Origin: an uncultured Gammaproteobacteria bacterium
Lineage (GTDB): Bacteria; Pseudomonadota; Gammaproteobacteria; Steroidobacterales; Steroidobacteraceae
Assembly (NCBI GenBank): GCA_963706755.1
Contig: CAVPNH010000002.1
Span: 21,660 to 85,659, forward strand
DNA: 64,000 nucleotides
Direction: 5' to 3'
Under the pieces are notes generated by a model, which saw only the letters and a list, made by a program, of their open reading frames with translations, was not told the origin of the DNA and searched no databases. A program made the translations under genes and the position numbers. This document shows, one piece after another, positions 29,947-39,524 of the stretch (position 1 is its first letter; each line of letters starts with the position of its first letter).

Positions 29947-32085
29947 TCACGCGACGGCGTCCTGCTGCTCGTCCGTGCCAGGGAGCAGGATGCGGAACCG
30001 GGTCAGCTTGCCGGGCACTGTCGCGACCGCAATCCTGCCGCCGGCTTCCCGGACGGACTTCCACACGATGTCGAGGCCGACGCCGCGCCCGGCGTCGAGG
30101 TCGTCTCCGCCGTAGGTCGAGATCCCGGCCTTGAAGATCAGGCCGAGCGTCGACCTGTCGTCGAGCGTTTGCGCTCGCACCTCGTCGACGAGGCCGAGCG
30201 CGAGCGCCTTCTCCTTCACGAGGTCGGCCCGTATGCCGGCCCCGTCATCCTGGAAAACGAGCTCGTACCCGTGCTCCCGGGCCTTGAACTCCACCTGCAG
30301 CAGACCCGCCGGGTTCTTGCCTGCGCTGTTTCGCAGCTCGACATCCTCGATGCCGTGTACCACCGCATTGCGGACGAACTGGACCACGACATTCTGCACG
30401 ACGCGGCGGTAATCACCGGGTACCAGGTCGAGTCCGGTCGTGACGAAGAGGATTTTCTTGCCGTGATTCGCGGCCATGCGGGCAGCGAGCGCTTCGAGCG
30501 TGTCGGACAGCCTGCGCGCCGGAGGCGGCGCTGGCGAAAGGGCCGGGAAAGTGGCCGGGGACGGGTCCTCCGTCGGCGTCGATGGCGCGAGCAACGATGC
30601 AGCCCGCAGGTTGTCGAGCCGGCCGAGCAGCTCCTGTATCGCCCTCAGGTGTGCGAACAGGTCGTCGAGACGCACGACGAGCGGCAGGAAATCGTTTCCC
30701 GACAGTTCCGCGCGCTCACGCAGTTCCTTGAGCCTGTCTTCGAAGGCATGGGCACGGCTCTCGACCGTAGCGACCCCGAGCGTCGCGGCGTCGCCCTTGA
30801 TCTTGTGCATCTCGCGGAACAGTGAGTCGACCTTCTTGCGGAAATCGGTGTCGCTGCGCGCAGGGACTTTCAGCACGCTGTTGACCATCCGCAACGAGGC
30901 ATTGCAGTCCGACAGGAACGTCTGCAGCTGGCCAGGTTCGACCTGCAGCATCGCAAGCAGCAGGTCCATCTGGGCGTCGGCGGAATCCTGCGACTGCTTG
31001 ACCTCCCGGGCCAGCAGCACCCGCGACGTGACATCGCTGACGGACACGAGGATCTGTCGTACGGCGCCGTCCTGCTTGACCCGGTGGAAGTCGAACTCGA
31101 GGTAACGGGTGTCCCGCCCGGCATTGCCGTGGTCGAAGGTCACCTCGACCTCCGCCAGCGGGTTGATGCTCTTGATCAGGTTTTCGTTGGCTCTCTCACC
31201 CCAGAGCAGCTTCACGTACTTGGACGCGGTCTCGAGCGTCGCTTCGGGGACGATCCCGCTGAGCAGGTCCTCGAAGGTCAGTCCGTCGAAGGAGTCGCGC
31301 CGGAAGAGCGCCGCGAGAGCAGCCGAGTGCGTCTTCCCGATGCGGAAGTCCCTGTCAATCAGGCAAAGGCCTTCCTTCACGGTCCCCAGGATGTCGCGAG
31401 TCTGCTGTCGCGCGTTCTGCGCCGCCCGTTCCTCGCGGGCTTTCAGCCACTGGAAACGTGCGACCAACGCCAGCAGAAGGCCGGCGAAGATCATGCCGGC
31501 GATCATCAGGCGCCGCAGCGTCGCGGCACCCGTCACTGCTTCACCCTCGAGGCGGGAGCCAATGGTCGCCAGGCCGCTGACCAGGCCTGCCGCGTTCTGC
31601 CGTCCGTAGGCGAGGGCATCGCGCGTGTCGGCCATCAGCCGCTGGCCACTGACGTTGAGCTGTGTGCCGGTTCGATCGGAATCGCGGTAGGGAATCCCGC
31701 TGAAGGCGGTCACGGGCTCGAGCAGGGCGCGATACTGCGTCCAGACCTTCTCGATGGGCTGCAGCTCCTTGGAGCCCGGTGCAGCCGTCCGGCGAAGTTC
31801 GGCGATGGCCAGGTCGTACTCGTGTTTCGAGGTGGCCAGGTCGGTGACCGCGTCACCGACGTAACTGCCCGACCTCAGGCGGTCCCGGATGCCCGCCAGC
31901 GAGCGCACCATGGCCTCGGGCTGGCTGCGCTGCTCGCTCACGAGCTTCAGCGCAGCCGTGCTCTGGGACAACTCGTTGGCAAGCCGGTAGCCCGGCAGCA
32001 GCACCGTGGCGATGAAGGCCACGAGCAGTGCCAGGAATCCTGCCGGCACGGCAAGGCCCTTGAATCGATGAATGAAGTCGCTCAT
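29947..32085 (-). CDS. Membrane-bound sensor fused to a CheA-type kinase core (Hpt + P4 ATPase), lacking a CheW-like P5 domain
   Basis: ATG 32085 (AGGA 10 nt upstream) in ORF 29947..32127. Two TM helices flank a periplasmic domain of about 165 aa. Hpt site is FREMHKIKGDAATLG. CheA-like P4 boxes are VRNAVVHGIE, FQDDGAGI and GRGVGLDIV. The protein ends right after the ATPase domain. Confidence 0.8.
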   Translation of the reverse strand: MSDFIHRFKGLAVPAGFLALLVAFIATVLLPGYRLANELSQSTAALKLVSEQRSQPEAMVRSLAGIRDRLRSGSYVGDAVTDLATSKHEYDLAIAELRRTAAPGSKELQPIEKVWTQYRALLEPVTAFSGIPYRDSDRTGTQLNVSGQRLMADTRDALAYGRQNAAGLVSGLATIGSRLEGEAVTGAATLRRLMIAGMIFAGLLLALVARFQWLKAREERAAQNARQQTRDILGTVKEGLCLIDRDFRIGKTHSAALAALFRRDSFDGLTFEDLLSGIVPEATLETASKYVKLLWGERANENLIKSINPLAEVEVTFDHGNAGRDTRYLEFDFHRVKQDGAVRQILVSVSDVTSRVLLAREVKQSQDSADAQMDLLLAMLQVEPGQLQTFLSDCNASLRMVNSVLKVPARSDTDFRKKVDSLFREMHKIKGDAATLGVATVESRAHAFEDRLKELRERAELSGNDFLPLVVRLDDLFAHLRAIQELLGRLDNLRAASLLAPSTPTEDPSPATFPALSPAPPPARRLSDTLEALAARMAANHGKKILFVTTGLDLVPGDYRRVVQNVVVQFVRNAVVHGIEDVELRNSAGKNPAGLLQVEFKAREHGYELVFQDDGAGIRADLVKEKALALGLVDEVRAQTLDDRSTLGLIFKAGISTYGGDDLDAGRGVGLDIVWKSVREAGGRIAVATVPGKLTRFRILLPGTDEQQDAVA

Positions 32086-32123
32086 GAAGGCTGGTCCTTT
32101 CTTGCGCGTACGCGCGGCCGGGG

Positions 32124-34223
32124 TCATCGCCGGGCTCCGTCGCCGGGTTTGAATACGACTGCAATCACCGTTGTGGATTCGACTGCCCGGCCCTCGACCC
32201 GCGGCGCCTTGAAGCGCCAGCGACTGACGGCCGCCAGGACCGACTTGTCGAATACGCCGGTCGGAGTCGAGGACACGATCTCCGTACCCTGGACGCGCCC
32301 GTCCGCGTCGACGGCGACTCGCACCCGGACCTCGCCGCTGAGGCCCTTCTCCATCGCTCCCGTCGGATAGGCGGGCGCCAGGTAGTACGTGCGCTCGAGT
32401 GAAGAAGATTGGAGCGGTGCGGGGGACGGCTGCCGCGCCGCGGCGAGGCGTCGCTCGAGCCCGTCTAACCGAGTGGGTTCGACGCCGAGCCCGCGCGCTG
32501 CATCCAGGTATCGCTGGGTTATTTCAAATTCGCCCGCTGCCAGTGCGCTGCTTGCCCGCTCAACCAGTTGCGACGAGAGCGCACGGGCCTGATCCGCAGT
32601 TGCCGCGCCCGCGGGGTCTTTCGTGCGCAACGAGCCGTAGTAGAACACCGCGCTGTCCTGGGTCGGGTCGATCAGCTTTCCTTCGCTGATTCGCTGCTGC
32701 ACCAGCATGGCCAGGCGCTCCGGTTCGGAAAGCGACGGCGGAGTCGGCGTCACGTCGACGCGAGTGGATGCCACCGGCACGGCGGCGAGGCCGGTTGCTG
32801 TCGTCACGCCAAGAGCACGCGCTTCCGCCAGCCAGCGTTCCATCTCGACGGTCTGCCGCTGCGCACCTGCAGTCTGCGCGCGCTGCAGGAATGCCTGCCC
32901 GAGCTTGCGGCTCGCTGCAGCCTGCGTACGCGTGTTCGGCGCCAGCTGGCTCAGTTGCGCCAGGTATTCCCTGGCGCTGTCCCCGGCGGGCTCAATGAGC
33001 CTGCCTTCCGCGATTCGGGCGTACACGAGGCCCGCGAGCTGGTTGACCCGCGCGCCGCCCTGCCGGCGGGTGATCTCGTCGCGCCAGTAGGTCGTGCGGT
33101 CGGCCGGCAACGATCGCGCCTGCGCAGCCTGCCGCACGAGCTGGCTCGCACGATCGGTCCTGCCCGCATCGAGGGCCGCGGCGATCTGTCCTTCGACGAT
33201 GCGGGTTGCGGCGGACTGGACTTTCGGGTCGTCGGGTCGCACGCGCGCGAGCTGAACGACCGTGGTTGCTGCGTCGTCGAGCCGCCGTTCGGCGAGCGCC
33301 GACTGCAGACGTTCGTCCAGTACTGCGGCAACGCGGTCCAGCCCCTCGCGCGCCTCCCCGTTGCCCGGCTCCTGCGCAAGGACCGATCGGTAGTAGAGAA
33401 GCGCACTGTCGGAGTCGGGTTCCACATAGCGGCGCTCGAGAAACGCCGTTGCGGCCTTATCCAGCAGGTCTTCGACCGATCCGTGCTCGATGAGATCCGG
33501 CACGGGACTCGCCGCAACTGGCGCGGGGCGCGGGGCGACCGCGGCGGCCACGGGCTTCGGAACGGTGTCCTGCCCTGCGTGGTCCAGCAGGAACCAGGTC
33601 GCTGACATGCCCAGCACGACCAGGCCGACCATTCCGGGTACCAGCCACCGCGGCGTTCGCGGCCTGGCGGGACGCGCGGTCGCGACCGGCTCGAGCCACG
33701 GCACCGACTCGGCGGGCTGCGATGCGATGACTTGCCTGGCGGCCGGCTGAGCGTCGGCTTTCGGTGCGGACACGACGGCCCGCGAGAGCGCCTCCTCCCG
33801 GGCTCCTGCGAGCACAGCCGCGGTCTTGCCGGTCTCGACCGGAATGGGCAGCACCGCAAATGCCGCCGATCGCCGGATCGCGTGCGCTATGTCAGGTGAC
33901 TGCGATGCCGGCGCGAATACGACGACGACACCGGAGTCGGAGAACGACTGCAATCGGTCTACCGCGCTGCCTGGATCCGCGGCCTCCCGCGCGTCGAGTA
34001 GAAAGACCTGGGCATGGGCGGCATCCACGTGCTCGCGAGCTGCGTCGACGGAATCCGCGAGCCGGATGCCGGTTTCGCCGTCGAGCTCCCGACCGACCTG
34101 CTCGAGCAGCGCATCGTCGCGGGTGACCGCGATGACGTCGACGCGGGACGTCGGAGCCGATTGAGCACCTGGGACGAGCGCAGGCGCCGGATGTGCAAGA
34201 GCGTGAATGGGCGTCGCGGCCAC
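32124..34223 (-). CDS. Receiver-like domain / TM / helical-repeat / TonB C-terminal domain protein
   Basis: GTG 34223, 6 nt after AAGGAG, inside ORF 32124..35183; 699 aa. N-terminal receiver-like pattern, then a TM helix (WLVPGMVGLVVLGMSATWFLL). Three repeats of R(Y/L)(V/I)(E/D)P..DSA..Y(Y/L). The C-terminus (YPTGAMEKGLSGEVRVRVAVDADGRVQGTEIVSSTPTGVFDKSVLAAVSRWRFKAP) is TonB-C-like. Confidence 0.75.
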   Translation of the reverse strand: MAATPIHALAHPAPALVPGAQSAPTSRVDVIAVTRDDALLEQVGRELDGETGIRLADSVDAAREHVDAAHAQVFLLDAREAADPGSAVDRLQSFSDSGVVVVFAPASQSPDIAHAIRRSAAFAVLPIPVETGKTAAVLAGAREEALSRAVVSAPKADAQPAARQVIASQPAESVPWLEPVATARPARPRTPRWLVPGMVGLVVLGMSATWFLLDHAGQDTVPKPVAAAVAPRPAPVAASPVPDLIEHGSVEDLLDKAATAFLERRYVEPDSDSALLYYRSVLAQEPGNGEAREGLDRVAAVLDERLQSALAERRLDDAATTVVQLARVRPDDPKVQSAATRIVEGQIAAALDAGRTDRASQLVRQAAQARSLPADRTTYWRDEITRRQGGARVNQLAGLVYARIAEGRLIEPAGDSAREYLAQLSQLAPNTRTQAAASRKLGQAFLQRAQTAGAQRQTVEMERWLAEARALGVTTATGLAAVPVASTRVDVTPTPPSLSEPERLAMLVQQRISEGKLIDPTQDSAVFYYGSLRTKDPAGAATADQARALSSQLVERASSALAAGEFEITQRYLDAARGLGVEPTRLDGLERRLAAARQPSPAPLQSSSLERTYYLAPAYPTGAMEKGLSGEVRVRVAVDADGRVQGTEIVSSTPTGVFDKSVLAAVSRWRFKAPRVEGRAVESTTVIAVVFKPGDGARR

Positions 34224-34423
34224 GGAACACTCCTTCTGGCTACCGGGATCGGCGAACGGCGTCCGCCACATTCCGGTCAATACAGGAGTGTAGATATGGC
34301 CTCGCACAGAAACTTGCGCCGCGTCACGGTTTGAGACTGGATACCGGGTCGCCGCACTTTTCGTGCCGGGGGTAACGGTTTTTCGGCCGCATGGCAGCCG
34401 GCGTTGGTCAGGCCGCCGACGAC

Positions 34424-35461
34424 TCAGCGCAGCAGCACGCGGTAGATTTCGAAGTACTCTTCCAGCAGCAGGTTGGTGGCGGGCGCGCCGCCCTGCGCCG
34501 CCGCGTCCGGCGCGTGGACACTGTCCTGGGTCGGAACGGCGTCGGATTCGTCCCGGTATAACGCGGTGCGCCGCAACCGGTCCGTCCGCCCCTTGATGTC
34601 CACCAGGTCCACGGCCTGCTTTTCGAGTTCGCCGACCGACACCGCGACCTTCGCGAGCAGGGCCTCGCACTGCTCCGGCGCGCCGTAGTTCGACTCGTAC
34701 ACACGCCGCAGCGTCGTCTGTCGTGCGAGGTCGGCGAGTCCGTCCGCGGCCAGCCGTCCGTAGAGCCATTCGGCGCATGCGATCACCGCCAGGTTCACCG
34801 CGCGCCGCCCTTCCACGCTCAGGGATTCGAATGCGGGCGGCGGCTCCGCCTCGACCTCGTGCCGCCGGTCGCCCAGGTCCGTCACGACGGTAAGCGCAGC
34901 TTCGACGCGACCCGCGCGAATCGCGATGGCTTCCTCGAGCCGGCGTCGGCGGAAGTGATTCCAGAACCCACCCAGCGAGGTGAGCTGCTGGCGTGCGAGC
35001 TTCTGCTCGGCCTGCAGCTGGTCGGCCAGGACCCGCGCCTCGACCAGTTCGCGGTCCACGTCCGCGAGGCGGGCGCGTTTCGCACGGTCGAACTCCGCCA
35101 GCTGCTGGCGGCGCTCGCGATCCTTCTGCTGCTGCGCGAGATCGCCCGAGAACTTCTCGAGGCGCTGCGAGGCCGTGCGCCACAGCCCCTTCAGCTGGAA
35201 ATAGACCAGGCTCTTGCGACCCTCCTCCGGGCGGCCGAGGTAGGCCTCGAGGGTCGCAAGCTGTTCCTCGACCCGCATGGTCGCGCCTTCCTGGAGCTTG
35301 AGCCGGTCGAGCAGGCGATGCCGATCGTCATCGAGCGCGCCCAGTTCCTTCTTGAGCTCCGCACGATTGCGAAACAGCGCAACCATGCGCTCGTCCTCGG
35401 TCGACGGTCTCCGCCCGGACAGGCGCTGGATCAGTCGGTGCAGGTCGTCACGCAGGTTCAT
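34424..35461 (-). CDS. Hypothetical coiled-coil protein
   Basis: 345-aa ORF with coding-like composition and long heptad-like E/R/Q/L-rich stretches. The start overlaps the upstream DUF1249 gene by 14 nt. No family recognised. Confidence 0.65.
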   Translation of the reverse strand: MNLRDDLHRLIQRLSGRRPSTEDERMVALFRNRAELKKELGALDDDRHRLLDRLKLQEGATMRVEEQLATLEAYLGRPEEGRKSLVYFQLKGLWRTASQRLEKFSGDLAQQQKDRERRQQLAEFDRAKRARLADVDRELVEARVLADQLQAEQKLARQQLTSLGGFWNHFRRRRLEEAIAIRAGRVEAALTVVTDLGDRRHEVEAEPPPAFESLSVEGRRAVNLAVIACAEWLYGRLAADGLADLARQTTLRRVYESNYGAPEQCEALLAKVAVSVGELEKQAVDLVDIKGRTDRLRRTALYRDESDAVPTQDSVHAPDAAAQGGAPATNLLLEEYFEIYRVLLR

Positions 35462-35939
35462 GCACTACGCCACAGGCTGGCGCGGGCGGCGCCGCGAAAC
35501 GATGGCCGCGATCGAAGCAGTAGTCGAGCCACTTGTTCAGCAGCATGTTGCGCAGCCAGCGGTCGCCGAGAGAGGCGGATGTGCGGCAGCGTATGGAGGC
35601 GAGCCCGGGGTGCCGCACCCAGCGTCCGCAGTGGCTGGCCTCCGCGAGGCGCGCGTCGTGATAGACGCGAACCTCGAGATCCGGATCGGCCACCGAACCC
35701 GGCGCGTCCTCGAAGAAATAGGTGAGCCGGAGCACCGTGGTGTAGGGACTGTGCTCCACCGTCTCGAGGTGGAGGTCACAGTCGGACGGCACGCGAGACA
35801 CGCTGCGCCCGGCCAGCGCGCGCAAGTCCCCGACGAGGCCGCGCAACCGCAGGTAGTTGCTCTCGTACAGCGTCATCAGTCCGACGAAGCTCGCCGGCCG
35901 CGCCCGCCAAGAGGTCACGCACAGGCTGTCTGCGCTCAT
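35448..35939 (-). CDS. DUF1249 (YqiB-like) family protein
   Basis: Inner ATG 35939 of ORF 35448..36053. LYESNYLRLRGL..., TTVLRLTYFF and VRVYHDARLAE resemble E. coli YqiB as I recall it. Confidence 0.65.
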   Translation of the reverse strand: MSADSLCVTSWRARPASFVGLMTLYESNYLRLRGLVGDLRALAGRSVSRVPSDCDLHLETVEHSPYTTVLRLTYFFEDAPGSVADPDLEVRVYHDARLAEASHCGRWVRHPGLASIRCRTSASLGDRWLRNMLLNKWLDYCFDRGHRFAAPPAPACGVVHEPA

Positions 35940-36000
35940 CGTTCGACTATAGCACAGGGTTTTTCCGCATCCGTGACGCGCTCCACACCCGCGCGCACCA

Positions 36001-36825
36001 TCACGGACGCAGCCTGCGCTCGATGCCCATGCGGTCGATGATCCGGCTCGCAATCTCCTCGATCGAGCACTCGGTCGTGTTCAGGTGCGGCACGCCGTAA
36101 CGCTGGAACAGCGCTTCGGCGCTGCGCACCTCGTAGTCGCACTGCGCGACCGACGCGTAGCGGCTGCCGGGCCGGCGCTCGTTGCGGATCTGCCGCAGCC
36201 TGTGCGGATCGATCGTCAGGCCGAAGAGCTTCGCGGCCCAGGGCCTCACCATCGCGGGCAACTGGCGGTTCTCGAAGTCGTCATCGGTGAGCGGGTAGTT
36301 GGCCGCAAATACACCGTACTGCATCGCCATGTAGACGCAGGTCGGCGTCTTGCCGGAGCGCGACACGCCGACCAGGATCACGTCGGCGCGCGAGTAGTCG
36401 GCCACGACGCCGCCGTCGTCCGCGGACAGCGCGAAATTCGTCGCGTCGATGCGCGCACCGTAGACGACTCGGTCCGCAATGCCGTGCGCGCGCCCCTCGC
36501 GCTCGGACGACTTCACGCCGAGCTCCCCCTCGAGCGGCGACATGAACGCGTCGAAAAAGTCGAGGAAGAGTCCGTTGCTGCGCTTCACGACCGAGCGCAG
36601 CTCACCCTTGACCAGCGTGCTGAAGACCACGGGCCGAATGCCGTCTGCAGCGGCCGTCGCGTCGATCTTTCTTACGGCTTCCACTGCCTTGTCAACGCTG
36701 GATATAAATGGCAGAGTCACCTGTCGGAATTCGAGGCCTTCGAATTGCGTAAGCAGGCTGTGTCCCATCGTTTCGGCAGTCACGCCGGTCTGGTCCGAGA
36801 CGAAAAACACTGTTCTCCGGTTCAT
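36001..36825 (-). CDS. ppsR: PEP synthase regulatory protein (bifunctional kinase/pyrophosphorylase, DUF299)
   Basis: ORF 36001..36843 with start ATG 36825 ([18 protein letters not shown]). P-loop GVSRSGKTP. Divergent from ppsA, as in many proteobacteria. Confidence 0.9.
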   Translation of the reverse strand: MNRRTVFFVSDQTGVTAETMGHSLLTQFEGLEFRQVTLPFISSVDKAVEAVRKIDATAAADGIRPVVFSTLVKGELRSVVKRSNGLFLDFFDAFMSPLEGELGVKSSEREGRAHGIADRVVYGARIDATNFALSADDGGVVADYSRADVILVGVSRSGKTPTCVYMAMQYGVFAANYPLTDDDFENRQLPAMVRPWAAKLFGLTIDPHRLRQIRNERRPGSRYASVAQCDYEVRSAEALFQRYGVPHLNTTECSIEEIASRIIDRMGIERRLRP

Positions 36826-36901
36826 CCGCGCGACGCTCTCCACTGCTCCGAAGGCAGGAGCAGTGTTTCATTCATCCTCGGCATGTAGCAAGAGGCGACC
36901 C

Positions 36902-39280
36902 TTGAGCCGCTATACGATCCCGTTCGCAGGTCTGGGCCGCCACGACGTCGCGACCGTCGGCGGCAAGAATTCCTCCCTCGGCGAGATGATCGCCAACCTC
37001 GCGGCGCTGGGCGTTTCCGTGCCCGGCGGGTTCGCCACCACCGCCGATGCCTATCGGGAGTTCCTGGCCCGCGACGGGCTCGCCGACCGCATCAAGTCGG
37101 AGCTCGGGGCGCTCGACGTGGACGACGTGGCGCGCCTTGCCGAGACCGGCGCCCGCATTCGCGACTGGATACTTTCGGCGCCCTTCCCCCACGCCCTCGA
37201 GCGGGAGATCACGGAGCGCTACGAGGCCATGGACGAGGGCCGCGGGCAGGTGGCCGTGGCCGTGCGCTCCTCCGCCACGGCGGAGGACCTGCCGGAGGCG
37301 TCGTTCGCCGGCCAGCAGGAGACGCTGCTGAACGTGCGCGGCGCCGCTGAAGTCGTCCGCGCCGTGCACGACGTATTCGCCTCGCTGTACAACGACCGCG
37401 CGATCGCCTACCGCGTGCACCAGGGCTTCGACCACTCGCTGGTCGCGCTCTCCGCCGGCATCCAGCACATGGTGCGCAGCGATCTCGGTGCGAGCGGCGT
37501 GATGTTCACGCTGGACACCGACTCGGGGTTCCGCAACGTGGTGTTCATCACGGCGTCCTGGGGCCTCGGCGAGACCGTGGTCCAGGGTGCCGTGAACCCC
37601 GACGAGTTCTACGTCTACAAGCCGGCGCTGCGCTCCGGCCACGACCCGGTCCTGCGCCGCACGCTGGGCTCGAAGGCAATCAAGATGACCTACGCGCAGG
37701 GCGGCGACAGCGGCCGGCGCGTCGTGACGGTGGAGGTGCCGGAGGCCGACCGCGAGCGCTTCTGCCTCGACGATGCCGACCTCTGCGAACTCGCCCGGCA
37801 GGCGCTCGTCATCGAGGACCACTACGGCTGCCCCATGGACATCGAGTGGGGCAAGGACGGCGAGACCGGGCGCATCTACATCCTGCAGGCCCGCCCGGAG
37901 ACGGTGCAGAGCCGTGCGGGCCGCACGCTGCAGCGCTACACGCTCGAGTCCCGCGGCAAGGTGCTGGTGAGCGGCCGGAGCATCGGCCACCGGATCGGCG
38001 CGGGTCCCGCGCGCATCATCCGCGACGTACGCGAAATGGCCCGTGTCGAATCCGGCGACGTACTCGTGGCCGACATGACCGATCCCGACTGGGAGCCCGT
38101 GATGAAGCGGGCCTCCGCCATCGTGACCAACCGCGGCGGCCGCACCTGCCACGCCGCCATCATTGCGCGCGAACTCGGCATTCCCGCGGTCGTGGGCTGC
38201 GGCAATGCAACCACCGCGATCCGCGAGGGCCAGGCGGTGACCGTGTCCTGCGCCGAGGGCGACACCGGCTACGTGTACGACGGGATGCTGCGATTCGACC
38301 ATTCGCAGGTCGAACTCGATGCCATGCCGCCGCTGCCAGTGAAGATCATGATGAACGTCGGCAATCCGGACCGCGCCTTCGGCTTCGCGGCCATCCCGCA
38401 CCGTGGCGTGGGACTGGCGCGCCTCGAATTCATCATCAACCGCATGATCGGCGTGCACCCGAAGGCGCTGCTCGGCTTCGACGGGCTCGATCCGGAACTC
38501 AAGGACACGGTCCGGCGGCAGATGGCGGGCTACGACGACCCCGTCGGGTTCTACATCGCGAAGCTCTGCGAGGGCATCGGCACCATCGCGGCGGCGTTCG
38601 CGCCCGAGCCGGTCATCGTGCGGCTTTCGGACTTCAAGTCGAACGAGTACGCCAACCTGATCGGCGGCCGACAGTACGAGCCCGTCGAGGAAAACCCGAT
38701 GCTCGGGTTCCGCGGCGCCTCCCGCTACGTGGACGAGAGCTTCCGCCCCTGCTTCGAACTCGAGTGCCGGGCGCTCAGGCGGGTGCGGCGCGAGATGGGC
38801 CTCAAGAACGTCTGGGTGATGGTGCCGTTCGTGCGCACGGTGCGCGAGGCCGCGCAGGTAGTCGAGCTGCTTGCGGCGAACGGACTCGAGCGCGGCGAGG
38901 ACGGCCTCAAGGTCATCATGATGTGCGAGGTGCCGACCAACGCGCTCCTCGCCGACCGCTATCTCGAATACTTCGACGGCATGTCGATCGGCTCGAACGA
39001 CATGACACAGTTGACGCTCGGGCTCGACCGGGACTCGGCGATCATGGCGCGGCTATTCGACGAGCGCGACGACGCGGTGAAGGCGCTGCTGCACATGGCG
39101 ATCCAGGCCTGCCGCAAGGCCGGCAAGTACATCGGCATCTGCGGGCAGGGCCCGTCGGACCACCCGGATTTCGCGCGCTGGCTGCTGGACGAGGGCATCG
39201 AGAGCATGTCGCTCAATCCGGACACGGTGGTCGAGACCTGGCTCTTCCTCGCCGGCGACGCGACGGGCTCGCAGCGCTGA
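36902..39280 (+). CDS. ppsA: Phosphoenolpyruvate synthase
   Basis: TTG 36902, 6 nt after AAGAGG, inside ORF 36479..39280; 792 aa. Colinear with E. coli PpsA as I recall it ([50 protein letters not shown]). Confidence 0.95.
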   Translation: MSRYTIPFAGLGRHDVATVGGKNSSLGEMIANLAALGVSVPGGFATTADAYREFLARDGLADRIKSELGALDVDDVARLAETGARIRDWILSAPFPHALEREITERYEAMDEGRGQVAVAVRSSATAEDLPEASFAGQQETLLNVRGAAEVVRAVHDVFASLYNDRAIAYRVHQGFDHSLVALSAGIQHMVRSDLGASGVMFTLDTDSGFRNVVFITASWGLGETVVQGAVNPDEFYVYKPALRSGHDPVLRRTLGSKAIKMTYAQGGDSGRRVVTVEVPEADRERFCLDDADLCELARQALVIEDHYGCPMDIEWGKDGETGRIYILQARPETVQSRAGRTLQRYTLESRGKVLVSGRSIGHRIGAGPARIIRDVREMARVESGDVLVADMTDPDWEPVMKRASAIVTNRGGRTCHAAIIARELGIPAVVGCGNATTAIREGQAVTVSCAEGDTGYVYDGMLRFDHSQVELDAMPPLPVKIMMNVGNPDRAFGFAAIPHRGVGLARLEFIINRMIGVHPKALLGFDGLDPELKDTVRRQMAGYDDPVGFYIAKLCEGIGTIAAAFAPEPVIVRLSDFKSNEYANLIGGRQYEPVEENPMLGFRGASRYVDESFRPCFELECRALRRVRREMGLKNVWVMVPFVRTVREAAQVVELLAANGLERGEDGLKVIMMCEVPTNALLADRYLEYFDGMSIGSNDMTQLTLGLDRDSAIMARLFDERDDAVKALLHMAIQACRKAGKYIGICGQGPSDHPDFARWLLDEGIESMSLNPDTVVETWLFLAGDATGSQR

Positions 39281-39407
39281 CGCGATTGCCTCGACACGGG
39301 CCGTTCGGTCCTGCCGGGCCCGCGGTCACGCAGCAACGCGACGATCGCCACGCTACCGGCCGTTCGGCGCCGTGCTGCCGGCCATGCCGTGCCGTAGCTG
39401 CGCTACC

Positions 39408-39487
39408 GGCCGTGTGGGCGTTCGGGGTGTCCTTCTGCTCGCGAAGAAACATGCTCGCTGCAGGACACCCCGAACGCCCACACGGCC
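39408..39487. repeat. Perfect 25-bp-stem hairpin with 30-nt loop (hairpin 1)
   Basis: GGCCGTGTGGGCGTTCGGGGTGTCC (39408-39432) is the exact reverse complement of 39463-39487. The loop contains TGCTCGCGAAGAAACATGCTCGCT (39436-39459). Confidence 0.9.
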
Positions 39488-39524
39488 TGCGTTGCGGCCG
39501 ACGTCGCGACCTGCCACCACGCCA

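Noticed and set aside
34354-34367. Sigma54-like -24/-12 element (minus strand CGGCAC-GAAAA-GTGC) about 130 nt upstream of the TonB-like gene
   Set aside because: GG and GC are correctly spaced, but two consensus T positions are mismatched. Such matches occur by chance in GC-rich DNA, and no enhancer-binding protein gene is nearby. This is not enough to call a promoter.
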